Under the pieces are notes generated by a model. It had not been told where the DNA came from, searched no databases, and saw only the letters and a program-made list of their open reading frames with translations. Below, in pieces: positions 39,601-49,660 of a stretch of DNA of 49,772 bases. The position numbers and the translations under genes were made by a program. The stretch's first letter is position 1; each line of letters starts with the position of its first letter. Origin of the DNA: Octopus bimaculoides. Its lineage: Eukaryota. The DNA is taken from NCBI RefSeq assembly GCF_001194135.2, contig NC_068997.1, positions 5,475,719 through 5,525,490 on the forward strand, given 5' to 3'.

Positions 39601-39986
39601 TCTCAATAATATATTATTGAACCATGCTAGCATGAAAAAATGATTGTGAAAAGAAAAGCAAAATAGAATATGAAAATCATATAAAAGACACTCACCTGTG
39701 CTATTATGGATTCTTCGGGAGATTTGTCGTAAGACCAATCCATACATTCATATGTGACATTGTCAGTTCCATTGTAGACAAATACAGAACAGTCTGAAGT
39801 GACTACTGAGGCACTAGAAGAGTTCCATCGATCAGACTTGCATGTGTGTGATGTCGTCGGAGCAATGTACATAATGGAAAACACAGAAAAAACTCCACGT
39901 AAAATAACAAAACAGAGTAAGAAGTAGATAATTCTTGGGTATTTTCCATAGTTATTGAAGAGTTGTAGGACTTCATCAGCTTGCAT
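20133..39986 (-). CDS. SLC22: SLC22-family (organic cation/anion transporter-like, MFS) gene, 9 coding exons, 598 aa: join(39986-39696, 38934-38704, 37838-37642, 36432-35992, 34293-34159, 31695-31613, 29412-29286, 24043-23971, 20351-20133)
   Basis: All 8 introns are GT..AG with compatible phases (0,0,2,2,2,1,2,0). Exon lengths 291+231+197+441+135+83+127+73+219 = 1797 nt = 598 aa + stop. SLC22 motifs: four ectodomain Cys ending in WNLVC, ADKFGRK, SEVLPSTRR, PESISWL, ELFPTAIR, LLLPET. The family is recognised; a specific ortholog cannot be assigned. Confidence 0.93.
20833..21710. repeat. Long inverted repeat (~200-bp arms) enclosing a Tc1/mariner C-terminal fragment and CT-rich DNA
   Basis: 20833-21030 matches the reverse complement of 21490-21710 (e.g. 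TTGACCCTTCAAT, TGTGTTCTCAAG.TGGCTACATATTTTTTGTACC.TCTATCTAAATTAACCCTTGCTTGTT). The spacer encodes NSKFVNKLLNNFHGRIEGNVKANGQYT. Confidence 0.85.
21714..23300 (+). mobile_element. RTE endonuclease fragment split by a piggyBac insertion
   Basis: APQAGLPNDQKDHFYD...GDFNGYVG...EGTRLLEFCDACNL (21714-21958) resumes as LICNTNFRKPDSHLITYQSG...QIDFIL (23052-23300). The frame rejoins across the duplicated TTAA. Confidence 0.9.
21959..23051 (-). mobile_element. piggyBac-family element relic with TIRs, TTAA duplication and transposase fragment (contains an assembly gap)
   Basis: TTAA at 21955-21958 and 23052-23055. Ends CCCTTTCATTAC / GTAACGAAAGGG (11/12 inverted match). Minus strand ~22540-22130 reads FFFLFFP..LFEMITAETNRYA...EIRAFF/ILGIRQLP..NYWS...MTQVRF...LHVRD, piggyBac-like and frameshifted. 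Confidence 0.85.
23971..24043 (-). CDS. SLC22 coding exon 8 (RNQAMGFASFFENLGGIFAPIILLT; TM11)
   Basis: Acceptor TCTTTTACAG|A; donor ACA|GTAAGT; 73 nt. Confidence 0.92.
24754..25258 (+). mobile_element. mariner (DD34D) transposase remnant, catalytic domain
   Basis: TSNEKW (degenerate TGDEKW), LLHDNARPH, YSPDLAPMDFHLF. The Asp codons at 25029 and 25134 have 34 residues between them. In-frame stops; ends at the RTE junction. Confidence 0.92.
25259..28541 (+). mobile_element. Nearly full-length, inactivated RTE-clade LINE in SLC22 intron 7 (antisense to the host gene)
   Basis: APE endonuclease (IQELR*RGASAR, SAYAPQAG, DFNGHVG, NEEGTRLLEF, IDIIL). RT motifs FVDLENAFDRV, QGSVLSPLLF and YTDD at 27118-27129; C-terminal GSETW and RLHWYGHV. 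The 3' UTR ends GGACGTTAAACGATGATGAT. Many stops and frameshifts. Confidence 0.93.
29286..29412 (-). CDS. SLC22 coding exon 7 (YTFQTPLIY...TELFPTAIR)
   Basis: Acceptor TTTTTCTCTTCAG|AT; donor AG|GTATTT; 127 nt. GRFG and ELFPTAIR motifs. Confidence 0.93.
29590..29770 (+). mobile_element. Second, diverged Hero-like C-terminal fragment in the opposite orientation
   Basis: Reads KELAKIC..G*...IGLRGFAGTLFQ; shares a perfect 49-bp tract with 30365-30413. Confidence 0.5.
30050..30500 (-). mobile_element. 3' remnant of a Hero-like (restriction-like endonuclease) non-LTR retrotransposon
   Basis: Minus strand reads ELVEFCENNGLEAIYLPV(D/I)/GLRGFAGT...KKLSKASEKASHYIF*LKR, matching the remembered PVEVGCRGF..AAEKAS.W.W.KR C-terminus of Hero-type elements. 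Confidence 0.65.
31613..31695 (-). CDS. SLC22 coding exon 6 (LGCRYPMSAMMLIAGFSNLIAYVLITF); absent from the ORF track
   Basis: Acceptor CTGTTCTCTTCCACAG|A; donor T|GTAAGT; 83 nt. It bridges phase 2 to phase 1 exactly and supplies the second xGRR-like motif (KLGCR) and TM9. Confidence 0.88.
32430..33200 (+). mobile_element. Tc1/mariner N-terminal remnant interrupted by an RTE fragment
   Basis: MKRHAMIVILKAKH...ISHFLKVARSFVHKIR...DNPEKSMRSIAKKFRVS (32442-32659) resumes as RNVVHENIRYKCY.MKRGQFMS...LLNKLK (33062-33190). Confidence 0.75.
32660..33042 (+). mobile_element. Internal RTE fragment nearly identical to 27349-27698 (contains an N gap)
   Basis: 32661-32882 matches 27350-27571 base for base by eye; the post-gap part matches 27641-27698 with one difference. 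Confidence 0.85.
33925..34131. mobile_element. piggyBac-type MITE, same family as 42137-42339, opposite orientation
   Basis: Ends GTAATGAAAGGG-TTAA. Its reverse complement aligns by eye with the 42137 copy (TTGTGTTTGGAACATAAATT, GGAAGGTTTTAATT). The left TIR is degenerate. Confidence 0.75.
34159..34293 (-). CDS. SLC22 coding exon 5 (TINSLSYFGII...MLIANK)
   Basis: Acceptor TTTGTTTCCAG|G; donor AA|GTAAGT; 135 nt; TM7-TM8. Confidence 0.92.
35992..36432 (-). CDS. SLC22 coding exon 4 (HLPESISWL...LIMFYIS; central cytoplasmic loop)
   Basis: Acceptor TTTTTCTCTAG|G; donor TC|GTAAGT; 441 nt open. PES-x-x-WL and SLFSTP motifs. Confidence 0.92.
36675..37290 (+). mobile_element. Two SINE family A copies (36675-36890, 37085-37290) in SLC22 intron 3
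   Basis: Both show the GCTGGC.GAATTGTTAGCAT head and CTTTGCCTTTCATCCTTTC.GGGT.GAT body. Confidence 0.8.
37642..37838 (-). CDS. SLC22 coding exon 3 (TIALLAYCMLSEVLP...VIFLCW)
   Basis: Acceptor TTTTCCAG|ACA; donor TG|GTAAGT; 197 nt. The phase-2 intron inside the Trp codon before PES is the typical SLC22 position. Confidence 0.92.
38704..38934 (-). CDS. SLC22 coding exon 2 (WNLVCNQD...FFIGAANI)
   Basis: Acceptor TTTCAG|TGG; donor ATT|GTGAGT. WNLVC and ADKFGRK motifs; 231 nt, phase 0/0. Confidence 0.93.
39696..39986 (-). CDS. SLC22 coding exon 1 (MQADEVLQLF...EESIIAQ; TM1 + ectodomain)
   Basis: ATG at 39986-39984; donor CAG|GTGAG at 39696/39695. Three Cys and N-glycosylation sequons NSS, NGT, NVT. 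A pyrimidine-rich acceptor TTGCTTCCAG|G at 39998/39997 lies 11 nt upstream of the ATG. Confidence 0.88.
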
Positions 39987-40155
39987 TGTGAGTGAACCTG
40001 GAAGCAATAAAATGTACAGAAAATTAAAACTAAAAAACAAGAATGGAAAAAGAAAATTTAGTGCATACTTGCTTATTGATGATATGAAAAGACACAAAAA
40101 TCTACATTTAGCAATTCCACCACTGCTGCTGGATGCTTTTCATCTGTTACCAATA

Positions 40156-40186
<31 letters not shown>

Positions 40187-41479
40187 AGCAGTTTGCAGTT
40201 AAAATGTCCTAGGTTCAGTCTGACAGCGCAGCACATCTCTCATAGCTTCAGATCAATCCACACCTTGTGAGTAAAATTTGGAAGTCAGGATCTTTGGGAA
40301 ACCCATCAAACTCTACCTGCTGTTGAGTAATAGACCTAGCCCCTTACTTCACTGTAAAGTCCCACCTATGGCTATCAGGTATCTTTAGTTAAATCTACTA
40401 CACTGCAAACATTCAGTTTGTCTCCTTTTTGAGAAAAACTTGATATATTAATACACTATTCCCTGTTGTAGCTCCCTAAAGCCATTTGGTTGGGAAGGAA
40501 ACCTCTGAACCACACAGCTATGGCATGTCTATGCCTGTGATGTCATCATTTAACGTCCATTTTCCATGCTGGTATGGGTTGGACGGTTTGACAGGGGCAG
40601 GTTAACCAGAAAACTACACCTGGTTTCACTGTTTGGACATGGTTTTTATGGCTGGATGCCCTTGCCAATGCCAGCCACCTTACAGAGTGAACCGAGTGCA
40701 TTTTACATGGCTCGAGCAAGGTCTCTTTTAACATTTTTTTACAGTTAGATGCCCTTCCAAATGCCAACCGCTTTACAGTGTGGACTGGATGTTTTTTACG
40801 TGGCACCAGCAGGGTCACCAAGTAGCTTGCAACTCATCCCATATTCATTTAAAAGCTTCACAGATACTGTGGTGTAGTCTGGTCTTTTATTTGTTTATTT
40901 AATTTCTGTTTTTCCATGCCAGCATGGCTTAGATGGGGAGAAGTATATAAAACACAAATTTTTATGGTTAGATATGTCTTGTAGTAGAAGAAATACATGG
41001 CTACTTCAGTTGCAGAGAGAGTGGAGAGAGAGTGAGAAAAGAGAGACAAGAAGGTGAAGATGTGACAGGGTAAGTGGGTGGGTAAGTTTGTGAAAGGAGG
41101 GTTGGAGTTGGAGTGGGGGGGAGAGGAGAATATAGTGAGTGGGCACCAGAAGATGAAGGGGATTTTAAGATGTAGCAGAAGAGATTTGACAGGAATGTAG
41201 TGTACAGGTAAGTTTGCAATGGAAAGTGGGAGATAGAAGGTGAAGAGAATACAACAAGTGGTGAACACGAGTGGCAAGAGGGAAAGGTGTTGGGAAGATG
41301 GGATGGAGAGGTTTGTGCAGGACAGATGGTGTGTGGGAGCATGGACATAAAGGACACGCCCTTATTGCCTTGATTTTACTTAGCTGAATGGGTCTTCCCA
41401 AGTGCAAATTGCTGATTGTGAAGCTCATCTAAGTTGTTTTTTGCTTCATCCCATGTCTTCCTAGATTTTTCTCTTCCAC

Positions 41480-43150
41480 ATTTAGAAATTGACATTTATT
41501 ACTCATTGCTGAGCATTGTTCAATAAGAACTGTAGATCACTTAACTGAAATATATACAGAGTGCTTTGGTAATCTATAATCTGAAACAAGTACAGAACCT
41601 CAAGCAAAATGCACTGGAATTATTACTAATGTTCTTGATCCATATTTTAAAGAAAAGTTAAAAAATGACTTAGTAAGGGCCAAATACAATTAAATTATTG
41701 ATGAATCTGATACATCTGTTACTAGATTACATAGGTATATCCAGACGTTAGAAAAAAGACAACTCTAATATATTTCAACTAAGTTGAATGAGAAGAATAT
41801 AATGCTGACACCATTAACTGTGCGTTAAAAGACAGCTTAAAAAAACAGGATCTTGATTTTCAAAATCTGATTACATCAGGTACTGACAACACTTCAGTCT
41901 TGATTGGTGTAAACAATGGTGTGTATGGTTACATTAAAAAGAAAAAATCTTCCTCTGATACTTATGTGTTTGTCATTCCCTTCAACTTGCTGTGTCACAT
42001 GCTGCAGCTGAATATTTGTCAAGAAATTTGGATTTCATGATAAAAGAAACATACAGCTGGTTTTCAAATTCATCAGTACATCAAGCAAAATATAAAGAAC
42101 TTTATGCTAAAATATATTAAGTAAATCAGCCATTAACCCTTTTGTTACCATATTTTCTTTCAATTAATTTTAAACATAACAAAGACTTTAGTAAATTAAC
42201 TTATCATTAAAGCTTGTGTTAGGAACGAACATAAATTTTGACTACAGTTTGGTGGAAGATTTTAATTCAGAACTTTTGAAAACAAGACATTTGTACTACA
42301 AAACTAGAGGTGGTTTCAGATGGGTTGGTATCGAAAGGGTTAAAGGTTGTTCAACCTAATGTCAGAAGATGAATTTCAACTGAACCTACAGTAGTAAGAA
42401 TTTTACATCAGTGGATTGAATTGAAAGCACATTTTAAAACTGCAACAACTGAAGAATACTGCTATGCAACTGAGTTCCATATTTAATGTACTGTGACAAG
42501 AAAAACTGTTTTTCTACCCTTTTTCAAGAAAATCATTTCAGAAATTCAAAGAGTTAAATTAAAAATATTTGAAGTAGAAACACAAAACCTCCCTAAATTA
42601 TTGAATGAGTTTCAGCATCTCAATGATTCACTTAGTTTAATAATTATAACACCAGAAAAGAAGCAAAATGAAAATTATTCAGTGCAAAATTATTTAGATC
42701 CAAAAGAAATTTCAGAGTGAATCCATCGAGCAAGGGGAAAGTTGTATAAGAGGCAAAAGCACAAAATTTTATTGTGGAAGTTTTGGAGCATCTTCAAGAT
42801 AATTTTCACCTTTTATAGTCAATGAATTTTTTCAATGCAACAGATTCTCAAAACAAAACCTGGAATTATAGATCTTGCAAAGCATTTTAATGAAAATTCG
42901 AAGATTCTGAAAAAAAAAATTAATTTTCAGTGGGAAAAATATTCTTAAATGTACAATAGACAGTTATCAGCTGCAGTTTCTGTCTGGCTCAAAGTATTAT
43001 TGTATAGGGATTCAACTTGGAAAAATCCATTTGAAAATTTATCTAAGTTTTAAAACATTTTAGCACCTGCATCTGCAAATGTGGAGAGAATATTCATTCA
43101 CCTGTAGTTTATGAAATCAAATTTGCATAACCACCTAAGGAAAGGAGTAA
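41480..43150 (+). mobile_element. hAT-superfamily transposase remnant (ZNF862/ZBED-like type)
   Basis: Broken frames read IIDESDTSVTRL, GTDNTSVLIGVNNGVY, CVCHSLQLAVSHAA, KETYSWFSNSS, QWIELKAHF, EIQRV and the dimerisation motif ASANVERIF. Many stops and frameshifts. Confidence 0.85.
42137..42339. mobile_element. piggyBac-type MITE (203 bp) inserted in a hAT remnant
   Basis: TTAA at 42133-42136 and 42340-42343; TIRs CCCTTTTGTTACC / GGTATCGAAAGGG. The hAT frame (QP-LKVVQ) rejoins across the TTAA. Confidence 0.85.
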
Positions 43151-44601
43151 TAAGTGTTAGGATTATAAATTACATAGTAAACTGTTAAGAAATATTGGAT
43201 CCATGGATGCATATAAATCATGTTGAAACTGCAGCTTCTACATCAAGAGAAATTGATGGGGAATCTTCAAAAATATGGAGTAGAAATAAAAGTAATTGTG
43301 TTAATTTCATTTTAATCTAATCAGCATTGAAATGTTTTGATGTTTACACCTATTTAGGGGCTTTTTTTTTTTTGTCTACTTTTCATTTTTATTTGGTGCT
43401 ATATAGCTATCGAAATAGTGCTTTTAAAAATTCTGGTAGCTATGTAGGCATATCTATAGCTATAAATATAGAACAACCAACAAGAGACTGCTATTCTGAA
43501 GTGACAGAAATCTAAACACTTTCTTACTGCAATAATTTGAAGTTGTCGTTATAGCAACCAAACTATTATTTCGAATTTTCTCCCCACCTCACTTTTTTTA
43601 TATTTCAATAATTCCAGTTCACAATATAGAGTCAACAATTTAAAGCAAATCACGGAAAGTAAGAAAAAGAGGTGAGTAGTGATGGATAGCTGCCAAGCTA
43701 ATTAGACTATTAGACAGCTGTTGGGCTAAATCGATAGATAGATGTAATAGGTAAAAAGGTAGGTATATAGATAAGTAGTTGGAGGATGGAGAGAGTAAAA
43801 GACAGTTAAATAGGCAAATACAGAAAAGAAAAAGAGAGCAATAGAAAAAACAAAGAGAATGAAAATTAAAAAAAAAAACATAAAACAGAGAAAGATAAAA
43901 CTTTTAAATGAGAGCAGAAAGGGCAGCACAGAAAGAAAGAGTCCAGGTAATTCAGTGCAAGTTACCAGGTAAATATCTCTCATGTAATTTAATCAGTAAA
44001 TTACTGTCCTGTCTGGTATTTCTACCAACACAATACAGAAATATATTAGCGCAGCAGAAACTTTGAGAAAACAGAACTAAATAATTATTTAGTTGTATCC
44101 CTAAAACAGTTTTCAGTTTCAAATCTTACAAGGGCCGCTTCTTTGGATGGAAGAGTTATAAAACAATGAAAATACATGTTTATTTACTTGAATTGGCAAC
44201 TTTTCAACAAAGTAGAAAATAATGGAGTACAAACAGAATAACAGAATATATAATTTTTCTATAAAAAATAGTAAACAACAGAGTATGTACTTTTATCTTC
44301 CATTAGTTACACAAAAACAGCCATCAGGGACAAACACACACACAGATATATATACAATATATACATATACAGGATGTGCTCCCTTCAGTTTCCACCTACT
44401 AAATCCACTCACAAGGCTTCGTTTGGCCCAGAGCTACACTTGCCCTTTTGTATAACATATGCAATTGTATAAGATTTATAATTAACAATTGCATTGCTTG
44501 ATTCAAGAACAAGAATACAATACAAATACGAGCATCTCTTCTCTAATCTTTTACCTTTTACTTCAGTCATTAGACTGCAGCCATGCTGGGGCACCACCTT
44601 C

Positions 44602-45005
44602 ATCATCATCATCGTCGGTTAACGTCCGCTTTCCATGCTAGCATGGGTTGGACGATTTGACTGAGAACTGGTGGACCAGGAGGCGACACCAGGCTCCAAT
44701 CTGATTTGGCAGAGTTTCTCCGAGAGTGTAGTGGGTGCTTTTACGTGCCACTGGCACGAAGGCCAGTCAGGCGGTACTGGCGACGACCACGCTTGAAATG
44801 GTGTATTTTACATGCCACCTGCACAGGAGCCAGTCCAGCGGCACTAGCAATGGTCATGCTCGAAATGGTGTATTTTACGTGTCACCTGCACAGGAGCCAG
44901 TCCATCGGCATTGGCAACGATCTCGCTCGAATATCTTTTCACGTGCCACTGGCACAAGTGTCATGAAGGCGACGTTGGTAACGATCACGCTGGTGCTGGA
45001 CGAAT
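44602..45005 (-). mobile_element. RTE 3'-end fragment (3' UTR with GAT tail)
   Basis: CATCATCATCGTCGGTTAACGTCCGCTTTCCATGCTAGCATGGGTTGGACG is the reverse complement of the 28500-28541 end. Related pieces at 1-241, 3557-3765, 40543-40830 (minus) and 31315-31460, 33720-33870 (plus). Confidence 0.85.
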
Positions 45006-45424
45006 CACCCCCAGTATTAATTTTTTAAAAACCTGTCACTTAATCTATCAGTCTTATTTTGCCAAGCCATTAAATCATGGGGATGTGAACAAACCAACAC
45101 TTGTTGTCTGTCAAGCGGTGGTGGGAAACAAACACAAAGAGACATGAACATAGATATATACATATATATTTGATGAGCTTCCTCACAGCTTCCATCTTCC
45201 AAATCCTGGGAGTAGAGTAGTAGGACTGAATCCTAAATTTTCCTGAAGAGGAGAAAAAAAAAAAGACTGAGTCAGCCTGTAGAATGGAGTTGGAAATTAT
45301 CTTGAGCACCACAAAACTAATTTCTTTGGATGCATGATATTTTAAGCAATGCAGCTTACAATTATGCAATCTTTTCTGTTTGAGTTACTGCAACCAATTT
45401 TTTACAATTTTAAAATTGTTCCCA

Positions 45425-45770
45425 GGTGTGGCTCTGTGGTAAGAAGTTTGCTTCCCAACTACATGGTTCCAGGTTCAGTCCCACTGTGTGGCACTTTGGA
45501 CAAGTGTCTTCTACTATAGCCTCATCTTGACCAAAGCCTTGTGAGTGTATTTGATAGATAGAAACTGAAAGAAGCCTATCATATCTATATGTGTGTGTGT
45601 CTGCATGTATATGTTTATCCCCCCCCCCACCACCACCACTTGACAACCAGTGTTGGTATGTTTACACACCTGTAACTTAGTAGTTCAGCAAAGGAAACCA
45701 ACAGAATAATACCAAGCTTTACAAAAAGAAAAAAAAAAGTACTGGGGTTGATAAGTCCAACTAAAATAAC
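45425..45770 (+). mobile_element. tRNA-derived SINE, family B (GTGTGGTAAGAAGTTTGCTTCCCAACCACATGGTTCC.GGTTCAGTCCC)
   Basis: tRNA-like head, CTTGGGCAAGTGTCTTCTACTATAGCC body, internal (TG)n and a conserved 3' part. Other approximate copies: 5325-5490 (+), 35415-35810 (+), 38075-38210 (-), 44385-44600 (-), 23660-23760 (-). Confidence 0.8.
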
Positions 45771-46690
45771 AGAGCTGTGACCTCTCAATGTAGAGGAGTA
45801 GCAGCAAGACCTGGAAAAACCCCTGATCTTCAAGCTATGCATCTTGTTGAGTAACATTACTCCAGAGACTCTTTGAAGGAAACCCATATCAGCCACTTTC
45901 ATTCACAATCACACACTTTTAGCAGATTATCTCAAAAATTCCACAAATTCAACTAATTTGGTAGAGTTTCAAAATTTCAATTTTTAAAAATTCTGATCCC
46001 TTCCTTGTCACTTTCATTGCTTTTAACATCTACTTTCCAATGCTTGCATGAGTTAGATAGAATTTATTGGAGCAGATTGCCTATGACAAGATGTCCTTGT
46101 TGCCATGACAGGTTTTCACAGAATATTGGTGTGTGTGTGCATATGCATGCACGCATGTATAAAGAAAATTCAAAATAGAAACAATTAAAAGAAAAACAAA
46201 GAAACATGGAAATCCTCTCATTAGCCATAGAAACCAGACTACAAGTACAGTCAGTGCATTTAAAGGCTGAAGACTTTAAATCCATAGTACTGCTTGTCTG
46301 GTTGCACCAGTAACAATGGGAATATTACTGAAGTGATAGGCAAACAAGGACAAAATGAGAAAAACAAAATACAGGTAGGGTGGAAAATTAAGGAAAGAAA
46401 CAATACAGTAACAATTTGTATAGATATACATGTACACTCACTCATATACACAATTACACAAGTAAACTCATACACACAAGTCAACATACAAAGCGACATT
46501 AACCTTTTGGTTAAGAACATGAGAAAATGATACTCACTAAGCAATATAACATGGGAGAACAGAAGGGAGTCTTATCTTCACTGAAATTTTCAAATGAAAC
46601 AACAAAGTGGGAAGTAAGAATTTCGGGATTGGCTGCACTGGTGTTGAGTACAGTAGAGGGCAGGATAGAGAGAGGGGAAGGTGAAATAGT

Positions 46691-46737
<47 letters not shown>

Positions 46738-47222
46738 TATAGAGAGAGTGAAAAAATGAGCAAGTAGCATGGAGAGACAGAAGGAAATGGAAAATTAGTA
46801 AGTAGCATGGAGAACAAAGCAGAAAAATTAAATTACAATGAAAACAAGGAAGACAAAGAGGGAGGGAAAACAAAGAATGGTCACAGGAAGAGGGAAAGAC
46901 ACTGATAAATGGACAAAAATGTTGGGAGGTTTGTGCCCTTTGAATTTAAAAAAGAAAATTCAAACAAGGAAATCATTTTATTTATATATAAGAACACAAA
47001 GTGGGGTTTAAGGCATGCGAAAAACAAAGACATCAAACGACTATTATTTCAAAACAGTTCTATTAATATAGCTACAACAGGCAGATCTAGTCTCCTTCAT
47101 TTGCAAAATGAGCCCCCTTTAATTTTGCTCAGATTGCTTTCAATTTTGGTGTATCAATGCAACTGTGAATTTTAATTATGATCAACCAATTACTTTATCT
47201 CGTTAGTTAAAGAATCTGATGT

Positions 47223-47406
47223 GTCTGAGGAGAGTCATTCTCTTTTAGTGCCTTATAATTTAACACACTCACCAGCAAAATTTCCACTCATTTCTTTTTT
47301 TATTTTACTAAGTGGAAATGAGAATGACTCTCCCCAGACACAACAGAATATGCTTCAACACACGAACTCACAAAGAATCTTGCAAACCAAATCCAAAAAC
47401 AAAATA
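47223..47406. mobile_element. 184-bp insertion with internal inversion and 14-bp flanking direct repeat
   Basis: AAAGAATCTGATGT at 47209-47222 and 47407-47420. The left part is the reverse complement, and the right part a direct copy, of overlapping segments of the repeat at 6480-6620. Confidence 0.75.
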
Positions 47407-47479
47407 AAAGAATCTGATGTTATCTAAAATTAAAGTTGGGAAAGTTGGGTAATTTTAGCCAGTCAACAAACAGCGAGGC

Positions 47480-48300
47480 ATTAACAGCTTGTTACCATGA
47501 CAACCGCATGTTGTGTTGATTCTTCACACCACGAGATTTACTTCACACAGACATCAAGTAGCACCTTAAAAACTGGTCCAACTGGATAAAGGAGTCAAAG
47601 GTGGCCTTCAAAATTATGTTGTCCCAAGCTCTCTGACTCCGAAAGTCTTCCCACTTCTCAGGAGCAGACAAGCCCAGTTCCCTCCAGTGTTGGAGGGCTT
47701 CATCCAATTCCCTGTTGGAACTGGTCCATATTGAAGAAGAGAGGATGTTGCTCACCAGGGTGGAGGAAAGGAAGCAGGGCAGAGAGAAAGATGAACACTT
47801 ACGAAGACCAAGACCTCTAAATCTCTTGGGCAATGTAGCCTGATTGCGGGACGTTAGAGACAGTCTGACATTGTCTAAGCATTCGAGTCTCTCAAAGATT
47901 AGGTTGTCGAAGTGTTGGAGGCATCATGGGAATTGGTAAGATGAGCTGACTCTGAATAAATATAGAAGCTTAGGGATTGAGAGATAATTCCTAAGTATGA
48001 AAAAACCTTGATGGGGTTCAATAGCTTCAATATTTTTCAGCAATTGCTCAAGGGCAGCCACCTTCAACTGGAAGATGGACTCAAAGGTAAAGTCAGTGAT
48101 TGGGGCATCTAGAGAGCACCAAGCCAATGGGGGAAGGGCTGCGATGGAAGGGAAGGACTCTTCAAAAAGGTCAATAGTTGGCACTGACTACAAGTTCAGT
48201 ATGAAAGACTTTCAGCCTGAGCCTTGGTCATGCAGACACGACTCCTGCAGTAATTTTGGTGGCATAGGTGACAATTAATTGTCTTCAAGTAACGGCTAGT
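47480..48300 (-). mobile_element. CRE-like non-LTR retrotransposon remnant (RT thumb and downstream region)
   Basis: SLDAPI...IEPHQGFFILRNYLSIPKLLYLFR and MPKRFRGLGLR...SLPCFLSS...QRAWD resemble the LG.PI / PKL.YLLR / LP.R.GGLGLR pattern of CRE-clade RTs. Stops and frameshifts; clade assigned from memory. Confidence 0.6.
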
Positions 48301-48355
48301 GCGAGCACAGTCAGGTGGTGAGCTGGCATCGACCAACAGTGGAGGGCTAGCATTG

Positions 48356-48888
48356 NNNNNNNNNNNNNNNNNNNNNNNNNNNNNNNNNNNNNNNNNNNNN
48401 NNNNNNNNNNNNNNNNNNNNNNNNNNNNNNNNNNNNNNNNNNNNNNNNNNNNNNNNNNNNNNNNNNNNNNNNNNNNNNNNNNNNNNNNNNNNNNNNNNNN
48501 NNNNNNNNNNNNNNNNNNNNNNNNNNNNNNNNNNNNNNNNNNNNNNNNNNNNNNNNNNNNNNNNNNNNNNNNNNNNNNNNNNNNNNNNNNNNNNNNNNNN
48601 NNNNNNNNNNNNNNNNNNNNNNNNNNNNNNNNNNNNNNNNNNNNNNNNNNNNNNNNNNNNNNNNNNNNNNNNNNNNNNNNNNNNNNNNNNNNNNNNNNNN
48701 NNNNNNNNNNNNNNNNNNNNNNNNNNNNNNNNNNNNNNNNNNNNNNNNNNNNNNNNNNNNNNNNNNNNNNNNNNNNNNNNNNNNNNNNNNNNNNNNNNNN
48801 NNNNNNNNNNNNNNNNNNNNNNNNNNNNNNNNNNNNNNNNNNNNNNNNNNNNNNNNNNNNNNNNNNNNNNNNNNNNNNNNNNNNNNNN
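48356..48888. other. Assembly gap (others at 1828-1844, 4385-4426, 8017-8366, 22545-22828, 32883-32985)
   Basis: Runs of N. Confidence 1.
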
Positions 48889-49429
48889 GGGGGGGGGTAA
48901 AAAGAAGAAAAAAGAAAAGAGCGAGAGAGGAAAAGACAAGAAAGGTGACAAAACTTTACAGAGCACTATCAAAAATGTTTAAAGAGTCACACACATGCGA
49001 TGATTTGTGGCTTTGTGTCTATGAGCAGTACTGAAGTCTGTAGTAAAGCTGTTCAGAAAAGGCAAATGCAACTTGTAATTATATTCTATTCAATATTAAT
49101 TTAATTCCATTTATTTAAAATAAAGTCATTTTTATTAAATTTGTATCCTCATTTTTCCCCCCATTATTTTAAAAATTCTTTAAATATATTCATTTGTAAC
49201 TTTGTCTCTGTATAGTACCAAAATTACAGTACATACATTATATCCAGAAAAGGCAAAGTTGCAATGATTATCATTCATTTTTAATTTAATTTCTAAATGA
49301 GAATTAATTAAATGAAGAAAAAAAAAAATCAAAATTTTGTTTGAATTTTCTTGGAAATTTTTGAATTCAAAATGACAGAAAAATATGGTAGTTTTATATA
49401 TTTTTAATTAAAATTTTACTGCAATACCT

Positions 49430-49660
49430 GTAAGGTGTCAGCATCATGATCGTAAGATTGTAGTTTCGATTCCTGGACCGGGCAACGCGTTGTGTTCTTC
49501 AGCATAACACTTCATTTCACATTGCTCCAGTCCACTCAGCTGGCAAAAATGAGTAACGCTGCGATGGATTGGCGTCCCGTCCGGCTGGGGAACACATATG
49601 CCATTGAAACCGGGAAACCGGGCCCATGAGCCTGGCTAGGCTTTAAAAGGGTGCATTTAT
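49430..49660 (+). mobile_element. tRNA-derived SINE, family C
   Basis: B-box-like GTTTCGATTCC, body ACACTTCATTTCACATTGCTCCAGTCCACTCAGCTG, then GCGATGGATTGGCGTCCCGTCC. A related minus-strand copy lies at ~38330-38630. Confidence 0.7.

Noticed and set aside
39987-40097. N-terminal extension MCLFISS... given by the ORF track
   Set aside because: It is the polypyrimidine tract and acceptor of an upstream intron; MQADEVL matches the usual SLC22 start position.
40858-41428. Pro/Ser/Leu-rich ORFs (also 31933-32367, 33342-33647)
   Set aside because: Pyrimidine-rich low-complexity DNA open in several frames; no domain recognised.
43690-43750. Further hammerhead-like relics (minus-strand CAGCTGTC motif here; also ~44095-44150 and ~46555-46600)
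   Set aside because: Both the CUGAnGA and GAAA cores are too degraded to support.
48196-48982. 227-258 aa ORFs near the window end
   Set aside because: Mostly N-gap; length is an artefact.
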